Assembly: GCA_002269645.1 (NCBI GenBank)
Contig: NIVC01000016.1
Span: forward strand, 1-64,000
Reading direction: 5' to 3'
From: Macrostomum lignano
Taxonomy: Eukaryota
DNA: 64,000 bases
Shown: positions 48,290-61,200 of the stretch, piece by piece
How positions within the stretch are numbered: position 1 is the stretch's first letter
How the letters are laid out: every line of letters starts with the position of its first letter
The notes under the pieces: model-generated
Told to the model about the DNA's origin: nothing
What the model saw: the letters and a program-made list of their open reading frames with translations, nothing else
Database searches by the model: none
Translations under genes and position numbers: made by a program

Positions 48290-48670
48290 CAACTCTCCAC
48301 CCTCTCTCCACCCTCTCTCTCCACCCTCTCTCCACCCTCTCTCCACCCTCTCTCCACCCTCTCTCTCCACCCTCTCTCTCCACCCTCTCTCCACCCTCTC
48401 TCTTCAACCTCTCTCCACCCTCTCTCCATCTCTCTACCCTCTCTCCACCCTCTCTTCACCCTCTCTCTCCGCCCTCTCTCTCCACCCACTCTCCACCCAC
48501 TCTCCACCCAATCTCCACCCTCTCTCCACCCTCTCTTCACCTCTTTCTCCAGCCTCTCTCCACTCACTCTCCACTCACTCTCCACCTCTCTCTCCACCCT
48601 CTCTCCACCCACTCTCCACCCACTCTCCACCCTCTCTCTCCACCCACTCTCAACCCTCTCTCCACCCTCT
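48290..48670. repeat. Pyrimidine-rich (CTCTCTCCACC)n repeat
   Basis: Irregular 11-15-bp units. Confidence 0.9.
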
Positions 48671-48789
48671 CTGCAACAACGTCGGCGAAGGCGTGCTTGT
48701 CCAAATCTGCGAGCTCCAGAAAGGTGCACACCATTGCCGAGGAGCAGCCGATTGATCAGCAACAGCGAGAGCGACAGCAGCTGTGTGGT

Positions 48790-50895
48790 GTTCTGCCTTA
48801 CGCCACAGCGTAAGCAACTACCGCTCGTTAAAGCGGACATCAACGACCACGCCACAGACCTGCTAATCGACAGCGGCACCAGCTGCAAACCGAATGGACT
48901 CAAAACATTCAAGGCCATTGGAAGCACGGCAGACATCCTGCGCGAGTCAAAGCAGCGGGTCTTCCCGTTCGGCTCCAGTGAACCCCTCACCACTCTTGGC
49001 AAAGTGCCGTCAGTGCCAGCATTGGCTACACCATCGTCAAGGAGACGGGCAGCTGGGAATCCTACGCATCGGACCAAGCAATCCCAGCGTGTGTCATCTG
49101 AAAGACTCTGGTGGGCTCCAGGAGCCACTCAGCGCTGCATTGGCGGCCGCAACGACGGAGGCAGACGATCATGCAATGCCACAGCACAAGCGCCTCAGCA
49201 ACATCAGCAAGACCTTCAGGCGGCGATTTGTGGGAATCAGGTGCGTCGAGGACAACTCGCAAGAAGACTCGTGTCATCTGCTGACATTTTTGACGCCGAA
49301 GGGTCTCATGAGACTGACGCGCCTGTGCATGGGCCCTACGTCAGCGTCTGAGATTCTACCGAGTCATGACCAGCGTCTAGGCGGGCTTCCAGGAGTCCGC
49401 TGGGTACATGACGACATAATCATTTATACAAGCTCCTTCAAAGAGCACAATTAGCGGTTAGCCGCAATCTTGCAAAGGCTAGAAGAACACAACATCACCT
49501 TAAATCCTGCAAAGTTCAATTTCGCCGTCAAGGAGGCTAAGATTCTCGCTATGCGCCTGTCCGAGAATGGCATCCAACCGACAGACGAGAAGGTGAGCGC
49601 TGTGAAGGCATTCCGAGCACCGAAAAACGCGTCCGAAGTGAGGTCCTTTCTCGGCCTTGTGGCTTTTGTCAGTCGCTTTATCCCAGCTCTGTCAGACATG
49701 GCCAAGCCTCTGCGAGACCTGACCAGAAAGGATGCGCCGTGGTCCTGGCGAGCGGCTGAGGAGACTGCTTTCAGCGCCATCAAGAACTCAATCTCCGCGA
49801 GCAGCACACTGGCATTCTTTGACAGGCGCAGACCCACAGAAGTGATCGTGGATGCCAGCCCGACGGGACTCGGAGCGATCCTCAGCCAACAGCAGCCAGA
49901 CGGCAGCCTGCGACCGATCGCCTACGCAAGCCGCGCACTGTCAGCGGTGGAGACGCGCTATTCTCAGACGGAAAGACAAGCCCTCGCCTACAAATTCGGC
50001 TGCCTGCGCTTCCGCCATTACCTCAGTGGTTCGTCCGGTTTCCGGGTTGTCACTGACCACAAGCCGCTTGTGCACCAATTCAAGCCTGGATCGCATCCCC
50101 CACCAAGAATCGAGAGGATGGCACTGAGCATCCAGGACCTGGCGTTCGAGACAATGTACAGGCCAGGCTCGACCAATCTCAGTGACGTCCTAAGTCGGCA
50201 AATCTTCCCAGCATCAGCGGTCTCCAGCGCAGGAGCAACCAGCGAAAACCACTACATCAACAGCATTGCCGAGGACGCGACGCCAAAAGGGACTGGCGCT
50301 GCAGCAGCTTAAAGATGCAACAGCGAGAGACGGAGCTCTCCAAGCAGCCAACTAAGCACTCCAAGGCGGCAAGTGGGATCTCCGAGAAGCCACCCTGCGG
50401 TAGCTGCACGCAGTCAGACAGGAGGTCTCCGCAGCCGACGGAATCCTACTGAGAGGCCAGCGCATCGTCGTCTCCTAAGCGCTGCAGCTGACGGTGCTGC
50501 TGCTTGCTCACCAAGGACACTAAGTAGCAAAGAAGACGCAGGCGAGGTTATCGGCAAAGGTCTGGTGGCCCGGCATGGCGGGACAGGCGCAGGGGATGTG
50601 GAACGTCTGCCAACCATGTCAAGCTGCGAGTCATCAGGCCGAAGTTTCAGTAGCGCTGCTGCAAGTCACACCACTGCCACCGCATGCCTTGCACACCCTG
50701 GGCATCGACTTTACCGGGCCAGTGCAAAACAAGCATCTACTCGTCATAGTTGACCATTTCTCCCGCTATCCAATAGTCATCAGCATGTCGTCCATGACAG
50801 CCGAGACGGTCACCAAGCAGCTTCGGAAGACCAGTGCAGCTAGTCTCAGACAACGAGCGCTCGTTCAGCTCGCAAGCGTTCCACGACAAGCCTAA
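48790..50895 (+). pseudogene. Decayed Ty3/Gypsy LTR-retrotransposon pol (protease, RT, RNase H, partial integrase)
   Basis: Protease LLIDSG; RT WVHDDIII (degenerate YxDD) and LNPAKFNF; RNase H IVDASPTGLGAILSQ, AYASRAL...RYSQTER, VVTDHKPL; integrase LGIDFTGP...LVIVDHFSRYP. The order is Gypsy-type, with several frameshifts, stops and deletions. No LTR pair was found. Confidence 0.9.
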
Positions 50896-51895
50896 CACGG
50901 ATGATTAGTTAAGTTGCTCTTGGGCACAAATGGAAACCACTTAGCGTTATTCTTACACCCCCAGAGGGGGACTAAATGGCTAGTCCGTATACTAAAAATA
51001 TGTGTGATCGATTTCAGAAAAAATGGCTCAACCGATTTTCTTCAAACTTGCACCATTCGATCAGAAGTTTTTTCTGACGATACGGCTTGTACAGTGTCTT
51101 GGCTAAGAAACTGCTCAATGCTAAAGGGTTTAAATATTTAAAAAACATGCTTATTTGCAAAGGTCAAGCAGACGTTTGACTTGAAATGCATTCTAAGAAT
51201 GCTAGAAAAAACTGACTGGCTGAATTCTGATGGTGATAAATATTGCATCACACAAGGCTTTTTATTTATCGCACTGGCTGAATTTTGACACTGACTTGAA
51301 TTGTGTAACAGGTGGTGAACATTCAGTGTGGAAGCATAGCACCTGACTTGATTGAGATTGCGTAACCATATTGTAATATTGCTATATTGTAGGAAATTCC
51401 AATGACAAGTTTTTTCATTGAAAAATTATCTTAAGTTTGACACATAAAACATAAAAATTGGTCAAGGTACTAAGGAGCTTGAGCAAACATTTAGGGAACT
51501 TTTGGAAATCCTCTAGAATAATTGAGACTGATATGATACTGACTTGCCTGAGAAATTTATTATGTCATAGCTCGTAACTGCTGCGTGTGACTTTTATTCT
51601 AACCGACTTGGTGTGAGTGTTGAATTATAAGTGCTACAATTCATTTTATAAATTCGACGAGAGCTAACCTGGATGTGAACAGACTGAACTGCTAATGCAG
51701 CAACCCGGGTTCGAATCTTAGTAGTGTAAAAAATTTATTAAAAGCTTTATTATATCACTAGATGAGAAAAGGATTATTGCACTGTCTAAAAAGGCCTAAG
51801 TTTAAATTTTCTTGCTTTAAAAACCTAAAACAAAGCCTAGCTAATCAAATTAGTTCAATTTAAATCGAGAGGAGTCCAGTTCAGCAGATATATTT

Positions 51896-53503
51896 TTACA
51901 TTTTTACTTCCAACTGCATGCCTCTGGCATCCGACAAGCCACCGCAGTTGCTCTCAAACAAGCGTTGCACCTTCGGCTTGATGTACTCTTCATCCGCGTA
52001 CTTCAGCGACTCGGGCAGGTGAGCCCCCTTCGTCTCGGGCAGGAGCAGCGCCAAGAAGGCCGTCAAGAGGCTGACGGAGGCGAAGATGATAAATGGCAAC
52101 GGCTTCCAGACCTCGCCAAGGATGTTGATAAGTGGAGCGAGGATCCCGCCAACTCGAGCAGCGGTGGAGGAGCTGCCCATACCGACATTCCTCAACAGGG
52201 TGGGGAACAGCTCTCCAGAGTAGGCCCAGCTTGTATCGAACGATGAAGTGGAAAAGAATGTGCCCGTGATGGCTAAAGCAACAATTAAAGTACCGAATTT
52301 CGGATTGCCAAACAGAAAGGCGATGGCGAACATGCAGTCTGATGACAGAAAGTACACGAGATTGAAGAGCAGCGGTCGACCGATGAAGTGAGCGGTGATG
52401 ATGGAGAAGGCGGATACTGGAACTCCGACGGCGCTGCCGAGCAGGAAGGTGAGGTAGATGTTACCGGAGAGGGTGCCGGTAGACAGGATGAGGCCGTAGT
52501 AGACCATGGATGAGGCGAAGAAATTGTTCCACAGAAGCAGAGTCGGCAGACGCATGGTAGGCGAGCGGAGCAGATCGATGAGTCCAGCATTTGGGTGGCT
52601 GCCCTGATGGTCAATGAGGCTGCGGCACACTCGCCGCACGTCCTCATCGAAGCAGGCGGGAGGCCGACGGCAGTTGATTCGGGCGATTCGCTGACAGGCA
52701 CGGTTGGCGACGTCGGGTCGGTTTTTTGCGAGCAGCCAACCAGGCGACTCTCCGAGCAGCAAGAGCAGCGGTATGGACAGGATGGTAGGGCCAGCAAGCG
52801 TGAGCTCGAGCTTCAAGTGGCTGCGGATGCTGAAGGCAATGATGCTGCAGACGCAGAACGCGATGTTCCAGCCGTTGGTTCCGAGGAGGACGGCGGCCAA
52901 GCGGTCGCGCTGCGTGACCGACTCGGCTACGATGGCGTTGCACACGCTGAGGATTCCACTGGAGCCGAGGCCGCAGAGGAGGCGCAACGCGGCGTACACC
53001 TCCACGGAGGGGCTAAAAGCGAGCGCGACGCCAGCGATCCACACATTGATGGTGGCGGCGCAGGCGGCTCTCAGGCGGCCCCAGTGATCGGACAGAGCTC
53101 CGTAGGCCGTGCTGCCAATCAGCAGGCCCAGCATGTACAGCGTGCTGCACAGGTTCACCAGCTTCTCTCTGCTGCACACTAGCGAGAACTGCGACCTCCA
53201 ACTGGACTCGAACGGTCCGCTGGTGCTGTTGAACACCCAGACGGTGCAGGCCTCGCTTCCGTTGAGCCTGTAGCAGCGATCGGCAGCCGGTTCAGTTCAG
53301 TTCGACGCCACCTGCTGCTGCCAGGAGCTCGACGACTCGTTGCCGGACTCGAGGCACTGGAAGTCCATCCGGCCGGCCGTGAAGACGACGGCGACCGTTT
53401 GGAACGCGGCGAAGAACTTGACGAAGGACAGGAGGATGAGGAGCAGGACCTGGTAGGGACCGCGGTCCCCGATCTCGGGTAGGATGTCGTCAAAGCGAGT
53501 CAT
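51896..53503 (-). pseudogene. Intronless SLC22-family (organic cation/carnitine transporter-like) MFS gene with one in-frame TGA at 53299-53297
   Basis: Start MTRFDDILPEIGDRGPYQ; loop ...SQFSLVC; LSDHWGR; ELFPTLLRNVGMG...ARVGGILAP; LLLPETKG. The ORFs 53503-53297 and 53236-51896 are in the same frame (ASN*TEPAADRC). The total is 536 codons. Confidence 0.9.
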
Positions 53504-54434
53504 TGTGTGGGTTTTCGGTTTTCTTGATTCGGATGTAAGCTGGATCTTAGTTTCTTAACGTGTGCCAGTCGTCAGGTCAAATTGGTTCGTTTTTCTCTGG
53601 CCATGCAGCACTCGACTCCTGACTTTCAAATTCGTTAGTGGTTAGCTGCATTATGTCTGGATTAGTTGGACTTTGTTTTAATGCATGCTTAGCCAAGCCT
53701 GTGGTGTGGTGCCTGTTAAATTTAAATCGGACAAAATATCTGTCCATTTTCATGATTGTTTACTTTAACAAATATTAGAAGCTATGACGATAACGATGCT
53801 TGTAGTGCTGTTTTCAAGCTGGGGACAACGAAAAACGATCAAGCAGGAAATAACGATCTCTCGCAGGTCTGAACTCGCCTACTTCAAGTAGTAGTGCAGA
53901 GGAATTTATAGTCTTTTTTTAATGCAAAATCAAGTAATTATGGGCTCGTACAAATATAATCTCTAGGATTAGTTTTTAAACTTCAATGGAAACCATAAGC
54001 ACTCCCCTTTCTTCTGGTGAAGCAAGCCAAGCGGAAGTGAATTTCTGTACTGTCGCCAGGAAGTTTCCAGAGTCCCGATTTTTTCGAGACTGCTAAACAA
54101 AATCGTGCATCAAAGAGCTCTTTCCTCTTTTACTAAAAACCTGTGTGAGAGGCATTTCTAAGGCTCTTTTGATTATGGTTTTTTCACAGCTCTGCATGGG
54201 AAATTTTCTCTGTGAAGTTTTTGCCGCTTTTAAATTGTCCCTGTGGCTGTTGTGGCTGATTAATTTAGATCGGAAAATTGGTAACTGATCTGGGCATTAT
54301 GGAATCCGACGCTTTTATTGCTTGGATTGAATAGCTGTGTGGGATTCCAATTCATGCAAGGGATCTGTAAACATTTTAATTTGGACGGGTAGTTGGTTTT
54401 TTAAGGAATATTTTCATATAAAATCGGAGTATCG

Positions 54435-54695
54435 GGTAATCGGGAGAGGTATTGGGGTTTTGGGAGAGGTATTGGGGTATCGGGAGAGGTATTGGGGTAT
54501 CGGGAGAGGTATTGGGGTATCGGGAGAGGTATTGGGGTATCGGGAGAGGTATTGGGGTATCGGGAGAGGTATTGGGGTATCGGGAGAGGTATTGGGGTAT
54601 TGGGAGAGGTATTGGGGTATCGGGAGAGGTATTGGGGTATCGGGAGAGGTATTGGGGTATCGGGAGAGGTATTGGGGTATTGGGAGAGGTATTGG
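54435..54695. repeat. 20-bp minisatellite (about 13 copies)
   Basis: GGGGTATCGGGAGAGGTATT repeated. Confidence 0.96.
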
Positions 54696-55194
54696 CGTCT
54701 CACGAACTTTAATGCCAATTACTGATGTTAAACTGCAGGTCTGCGCAATGACGATTCAATCATTTTCCGCCACAAAAGCTGCTCGCACTCTTAAAAGTAC
54801 AGGTGAGGTAGAGAGAGAGAGAGAGAGGCGAAACTTCTCCATTATGTCAGTTCCTGTTTGCGTCTGACCTGGCGCACATAATTTGGCTCTTCAGTCCGAC
54901 AGAGGTAGGTGCGACAGCAACTGATGCAGAGCTGTTACCCTTGGTCCAGCATCAGGATGTTCACTTCCCCCCCAGGAGTACTTGATATTCCTCTAAAACT
55001 GCAATGGACATCTGCGATACCTGCTAGTGAGGAAAATCAGCAATGTTTTGCCGACAGTCGGAGAAGCATGTGTTGGACTGAATCAAGGACTACTTGAACT
55101 AGAATTTGGACTAGCGGCTCTTCAAAAGACTTTTACACAGAAAGTTAGCGATATCAATTAATATCACTGTGCTACACTACAGACAGTGCAACTT

Positions 55195-55840
55195 TGTCTG
55201 CTCATCAGCTCATGCTAGAGCTCATCAGCTCATGCTAGTGCTCATCAGCTCATGCTAGAGCTCATCAGCTCATGCTAGAGCTCATCAGCTCATGCTAGTG
55301 CTCATCAGCTCATGCTAGTGCTCATCAGCTCATGCTAGAGCTCATCAGCTCATGCTAGAGCTCATCAGCACATGCTAGAGCTCATCAGCTCATGCTAGTG
55401 CTCATCAGCTCATGCTAGTGCTCATCAGCTCATGCTAGTGCTCATCAGCTCATGCTAGTGCTCATCAGCTCATGCTAGAGCTCATCAGCTCATGCTAGTG
55501 CTCATCAGCTCATGCTAGAGCTCATCAGCTCATGCTAGTGCTCATCAGCTCATGCTAGAGCTCATCAGCTCATGCTAGAGCTCATCAACTCATGCTAGTG
55601 CTCATCAGCTCATGCTAGAGCTCATCAGCTCATGCTAGAGCTCATCAGCTCATGCTAGAGCTCATCAGCTCATGCTAGAGCTCATCAGCTCATGCTAGAG
55701 CTCATCAGCTCATGCTAGAGCTCATCAGCTCATGCTAGAGCTCATCAGCTCATGCTAGAGCTCATCAGCTCATGCTAGAGCTCATCAGCTCATGCTAGAG
55801 CTCATCAGCTCATGCTAGTGCTCATCAGCTCATGCTAGAG
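55195..55840. repeat. 20-bp minisatellite (about 32 copies)
   Basis: CTCATCAGCTCATGCTAG(A/T)G repeated. Confidence 0.97.
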
Positions 55841-56224
55841 CTCGTACATTATGCGCGCTGCTTCACAAACCGCTCGACATCCTCTCAGCGCCCCGGCCAC
55901 CATGCCTGCAGATGCATTATATCAGTTAGTCAGCCAGTCATTGCAGTGCCTGGATCTCAGCACACTGGGCACCACGAAATTGCTAGTTCAACATTCTTTC
56001 ATAGTTCGCAATGCGTTTAAATTTCACCGCTTTTCACTCTGTCAGACTACGCAGTGTAGCATTCGCTTTTTTACTCTCTGCATTGTTCGCTGCATGAATG
56101 ATGCCGTGAAGGCTCAGGCTTTCAACTTTCCACACAATGAAGATCAGTTTTGACTTCCCCAACACTGTACTTTTAGGGTTGTAGTATTATGCACATGTGC
56201 AACTGAAAAAGGAAGGGGGTTGCC

Positions 56225-56615
56225 TTGTGCTGTACATTCTGTATGTACATATACACTTGGGGGAAGGGGTTCGGCTCACACTGTACATTCTGTATGTACA
56301 TATACACTTGGGGGAAGGGGTTCGGCTCACACTGTACATTCTGTATGTACATATACACTTGGGGGAAGGGGTTCGGCTCACACTGTACATTCTGTATGTA
56401 CACTTGGGGGAAGGGGTTCGGCTCACACTGTAAATTCTGTATGTACACTCGGGGGAAAGTGATCGGTTCACACTGTACATTCTGTATGTACACTCGGGGG
56501 AAGGGGATCGGCTCACACTGTAAATTCTGTATGTACACTTGGGGGAAGGGGTTCGGCTCACACTGTACATTCTGTATGTACACTTGGGCGAAGGGGTTCG
56601 GCTCACACTGTACAT
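56225..56615. repeat. 45-51-bp minisatellite (about 8 copies)
   Basis: CACACTGTACATTCTGTATGTACA(TATACA)CTTGGGGGAAGGGGTTCGGCT repeated. Confidence 0.94.
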
Positions 56616-57229
56616 TCTACATGTGCATTTTTGGTTGTAGAAGGTTGGCTTGAACTGAACAAGTTTTACATGTAAATTTCGGGGTCCTAGGTGGCCTGCA
56701 ATGATCTCAAAAAAGAAAGTCGCGGCCGTGATCTCTCCGCATAATTAAATTAAGATCTACGGATGACGAATGCCTGGCTTTAATTCAATAAGATTCTTTC
56801 TGAGCAGGTTAGTTAGGCCCACGACAGGTGCGGCAATGTCGGGTCCAATTTACCTAGCAGGACAGGGATTGACATCCTTGGCTAAGCTGATAGGCGTGCA
56901 GCGAAACACGTGAGAATCAAGGGTTAAAGCAAAGGAGAGAATAGTGAGACAGGATGAGGGAGAGAATCTGCTGATTTTAGGCTATGGGCCCTTCATCACG
57001 CCCTCTTCAGCTGCCGCCCAGCAGACCTCATTTATTCTCCGGGCAGTCAGGCAGGCAAAACTGAATTATCGACTGGATAGAGGATGGGGTCGGTGGCAGC
57101 TGAGATAGATGGGGCTGAGGCGGAGGGAGGCTGCACTGAGTCTGTGGTTAGCAGAATTTGTCTGCAGACTGTAGTTTGCGCGGAGTCCTATGGGAATCTG
57201 ACAGCAACTGCTTGAGCACGTTGAGTTAT

Positions 57230-57710
57230 TGAGGTTGTAGGGTTGTAGGGTTGTAGGGAGCTACCTGAGATTGTAGGGTTGTAGGGCTGTAGGGAGCTAC
57301 CTGAGATTGTAGGGTTGTAGGGCTGTAGGGAGCTACCTGAGATTGTAGGGTTGTAGGGCTGTAGGGAGCTACCTGAGATTGTAGGGTTGTAGGGTTGTAG
57401 GGAGCTACCTGAGATTGTAGGGTTGTAGGGCTGTAGGGAGCTACCTGAGATTGTAGGGTTGTAGGGCTGTAGGGAGCTACCTGAGATTGTAGGGTTGTAG
57501 GGTTGTAGGGAGCTACCTGAGATTGTAGGGTTGTAGGGCTGTAGGGAGCTACCTGAGATTGTAGGGTTGTAGGGCTGTAGGGAGCTACCTGAGATTGTAG
57601 GGTTGTAGGGCTGTAGGGAGCTACCTGAGATTGTAGGGTTGTAGGGCTGTAGGGAGCTACCTGAGATTGTAGGGTTGTAGGGCTGTAGGGAGCTACCTGA
57701 GATTGTAGGG
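57230..57710. repeat. 36-bp minisatellite (about 13 copies)
   Basis: GGGAGCTACCTGAGATTGTAGGGTTGTAGGGCTGTA repeated. Confidence 0.96.
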
Positions 57711-58207
57711 TAATAGGGGAGCTACATGAGAATGCGAAGAGCTACATGTAAAAATAATTATCTTTATGAAAGACACCGCGTTGATGCGATCTATAAAGCT
57801 GGTCATTCATTCATAAATGATCACAACTAAAGTTCAGATGCAGTTTCTCATTCTAAACAATTTATTTGTTTAACTTTAACAGATTTAAGCATTTGTTTTA
57901 AACTGACGGGCAGGGAATGCGCACGAAAACTTAAATAAGAGGTTCAACGTTCGGGAAATGTTTAATAAGCATTGCATAATACATTGATGGAAAGGGCTAT
58001 TAAGTTAAGCATGAAGAAATCATCATTCTCGATGTAGAACTGATGTTTTTATTCATTTAGACTAGACTAGCAATCCATTTCTATTCATTTATAACGATAT
58101 TGGATAGATTAGCAATCCATTGTATTTACTTATAGCAGTTACACCACCGAAGAAGTTCACATTGGTGTCAGCTGCCACAATTAAAACCTGTTTATTTTCA
58201 TTGCCTC

Positions 58208-61200
58208 TCACACGCAGCTCTGCGTGGCAACAATCGGCCGAGAGGATTTGCTTAGCAACGGTCGCATAGCAACTGACTCGACGCGACCGGGCGTCGTCCC
58301 GGTGATTCGAGCTCCGCCGTTGCCAGTAGCCAGCGAGGCGGCCGGCGCGGCGGCCGCGGTCGGGTCCCAGCGGCCGCAGCAGAGGCTGGCCAGCAGCCGG
58401 TGGTAGCACTCGCGGAACCGCTGCGACATGAAGTAGTACACGATGGGGTTGGCTGTGGAATTCACGAAACCAACCAGGTGCAGCAGGGCCATCAGAAAGG
58501 TGAAGTTCTCGTTGAATAAGTCGGTGTAGAATAGGCCGGTCAGGTTCACCGAGTACCAGGGCACCCAGGACACCAGGTAGAGACAGGCGACCACCACGAT
58601 CATCTTGGCCACCTGGGTAGGGAAACGAGAGCTTTCTTAAGTCTACCTGAGAGTGATATTCGAATCTACCTGAGAGTGATATTCGAATCTACCTGAGAGT
58701 GATATTCGAATCTACCTGAGAGTGATGTTCGAATCTACCTGAGAATGATATTCGAATCTACCTGAGAGTGATATTCGAATCTACCTGAGAGTGATATTCG
58801 AATCTACCTGAGAGTGAAATTCGAATCTACCTGAGAATGATATTCGAATCTACCTGAGAGTGATATTCGAATCTATCTGAGAGTGATATTCGAATCTACC
58901 TGAGAGTGATATTCGAATCTACCTGAGAGTGATATTCGAATCTACCTGAGAGTGATATTCGAATCTACCTGACAGTGATATTCGAATCTACCTGACAGTG
59001 ATATTCGAATCTACCTGAGAGTGATGTTCGAATCTAGCTGACAGTGATATTCGAATCTAGCTGAGAGTGATATTCGAATCTACCTGAGAGTGATATTCGA
59101 ATCTAGCTGAGAGTGATATTCGAATCTACCTGAGAGTGATATTCGAATCTACCTGAGAATGATATTCGAATCTACCTGAGAGTGATATTCGAATCTACCT
59201 GAGAGTGATGTTCGAATCTACCTGAGATTGACATTCGAATCTACCTGAGACTGATATTCGAATCTATCTGAGAGTGATATTCGAATCTACCTGAGAGTGA
59301 TATTCGAATCTATCTGAGAGTGATATTCGAATCTACCTGAGAGTGATATTCGAATCTAGCTGAGAGTGATGTTCGAATCTAGCTGAGAGTGATGTTCGAA
59401 TCTACCTGAGAGTGATATTCGAATCTACCTGAGAGTGATATTCGAATCTACCTGAGAGTGATGTTTGAATCTACCTGAGAGTGATATTCGAATCTACCTG
59501 AGAGTGATATTCGAATCTACCTGAGAGTGATGTTCGAATCTACCTGAGAGTGATGTTCGAATCTACCTGAGATTGACATTCGAATCTACCTGAGACTGAT
59601 ATTCGAATCTACCTGAGAGTGATGTTTGAATCTACCTGAGAGTGATGTTCGAATCTACCTGAGAGTGATATTCGAATCTACCTGAGAGTGATATTCGAAT
59701 CTACCTGAGAGTGATGTTTGAATCTACCTGAGAGTGATATTCGAATCTACCTGAGAGTGATGTTTGAATCTACCTGAGAGTGATATTCGAATCTACCTGA
59801 GAGTGATATTCGAATCTACCTGAGAGTGATATTCGAATCTACCTGAGAGTGATATTCGAATCTACCTGAGAGTGATATTCGAATCTACTTGAGAGTGATA
59901 TTCGAATCTACTTGAGATTGATATTCGAATCTACCTGAGACTGATATTCGAATCTACCTTGGATATAAGTTTATCAAAGTGAAAATATGGTTGGCTACGT
60001 TACTTCCAAAATGGAAAACAGTCTTTCTGCAATAACAAGTTTCATATTGACTTTCATGTAGAAAACCTTTAGGAGATAATATCAATATTTATCAGAAATT
60101 ATCGAAAAGGAAATTTTCCTAGAGATTAAAGAGAAGGTAAGGTAATTAATCCGGCAGAATATAAAACAGAATACTGATAATTATTGGGGCTGAGCGGTGC
60201 ACATGGAATTCTCAGAAAAATATGCGAAAAAAGACTCAAGCCCGTCACGAGCTGCTGCTCAAGAGGACTGGCTGGCGGTGGATGGAGAGCTTTGAAGTTG
60301 AGTCTGGATACTGTGGCCGCGGGTTCCCAATTGGCTTGGACTTCTCGTGTTTTTAATTACTCTGGCCCAGCTCTGAGATTAATTCTGCCCCCAGCCTTCA
60401 GTCCCTTGAGAGGCATCGGTTTACTAAATTGCCCGCTTTCTGCTGTGCCCTCTTTTTCTTTGTTAGCTCTCTCCCTCTCTCTCTCCCCTCTCCCCTCTCC
60501 CCCCCTCTCTCTCCCCTCTCTACTCTCCCCCCCTCTCTCTCCCTCTCTACTCTCCCTCTCTCTCTCCCCTCTCCCCTCTCCCCCCCTCTCTCTCCCCTCT
60601 CTACTCTCTCTCTCTCTCTCCCTCTCCCCTCCCCTCTCTCTCCCCTCTCTCTCTCTCCCCTCCCTCTCTCCCTCTCCCCTCTCTCTCTCTCTCTCCCCTT
60701 TCTCTCTCTCCCCTTTCTCTCTCTCCCCTTTCTCTCTCTCCCCTTTCTCTCTCTCTCCTTTCTCTCTCTCCCCTTTCTCTCTCTCCCCCTTCTCTCTCTC
60801 CCCTCTCTCCTGTCTCTCCCTCTCCTCTTCGCTCTCTCCCACTCTTCCTCTACCCCTTTCCCTTTCCCTCTCCCCCGCTCTCTCCTTATTTCCTTCTCCC
60901 TCTCCCTTTCTCCCCCAATCTCCATTTCTCCCTCTCTCCCCTTCTCTCTCGCTCACTTTCTCTCTGCCTCCCTCTCCATTTGCATTCTCTAATATATTTC
61001 TCTCGCAGTCAATCTTAAATCTGCATTGTCCGCAATTTCTTCTTTCAGCTCTCTCCCTCTCACCAAAGCAGCTGCCGGTTGTGAGACTCCCAAAACCAAC
61101 AGTCGAGTCCTTAATCCCCTCCGCCCAGACTGCCCCTCCCTCTAGACAAAGCTCTCAAGCCGGCCTCAAAGATCTGCATTCCAGCGCAGAGTGTTGACTT

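Noticed and set aside
48050-48290. Possible 5' LTR/PBS (TGGTGC…) of the Gypsy remnant
   Set aside because: There is no matching 3' LTR after 50895 and no convincing tRNA complementarity by eye.
53297-53299. In-frame TGA as selenocysteine
   Set aside because: SLC22 proteins are not known selenoproteins, the context fits Trp (N-W-T), and I could not identify a SECIS downstream.
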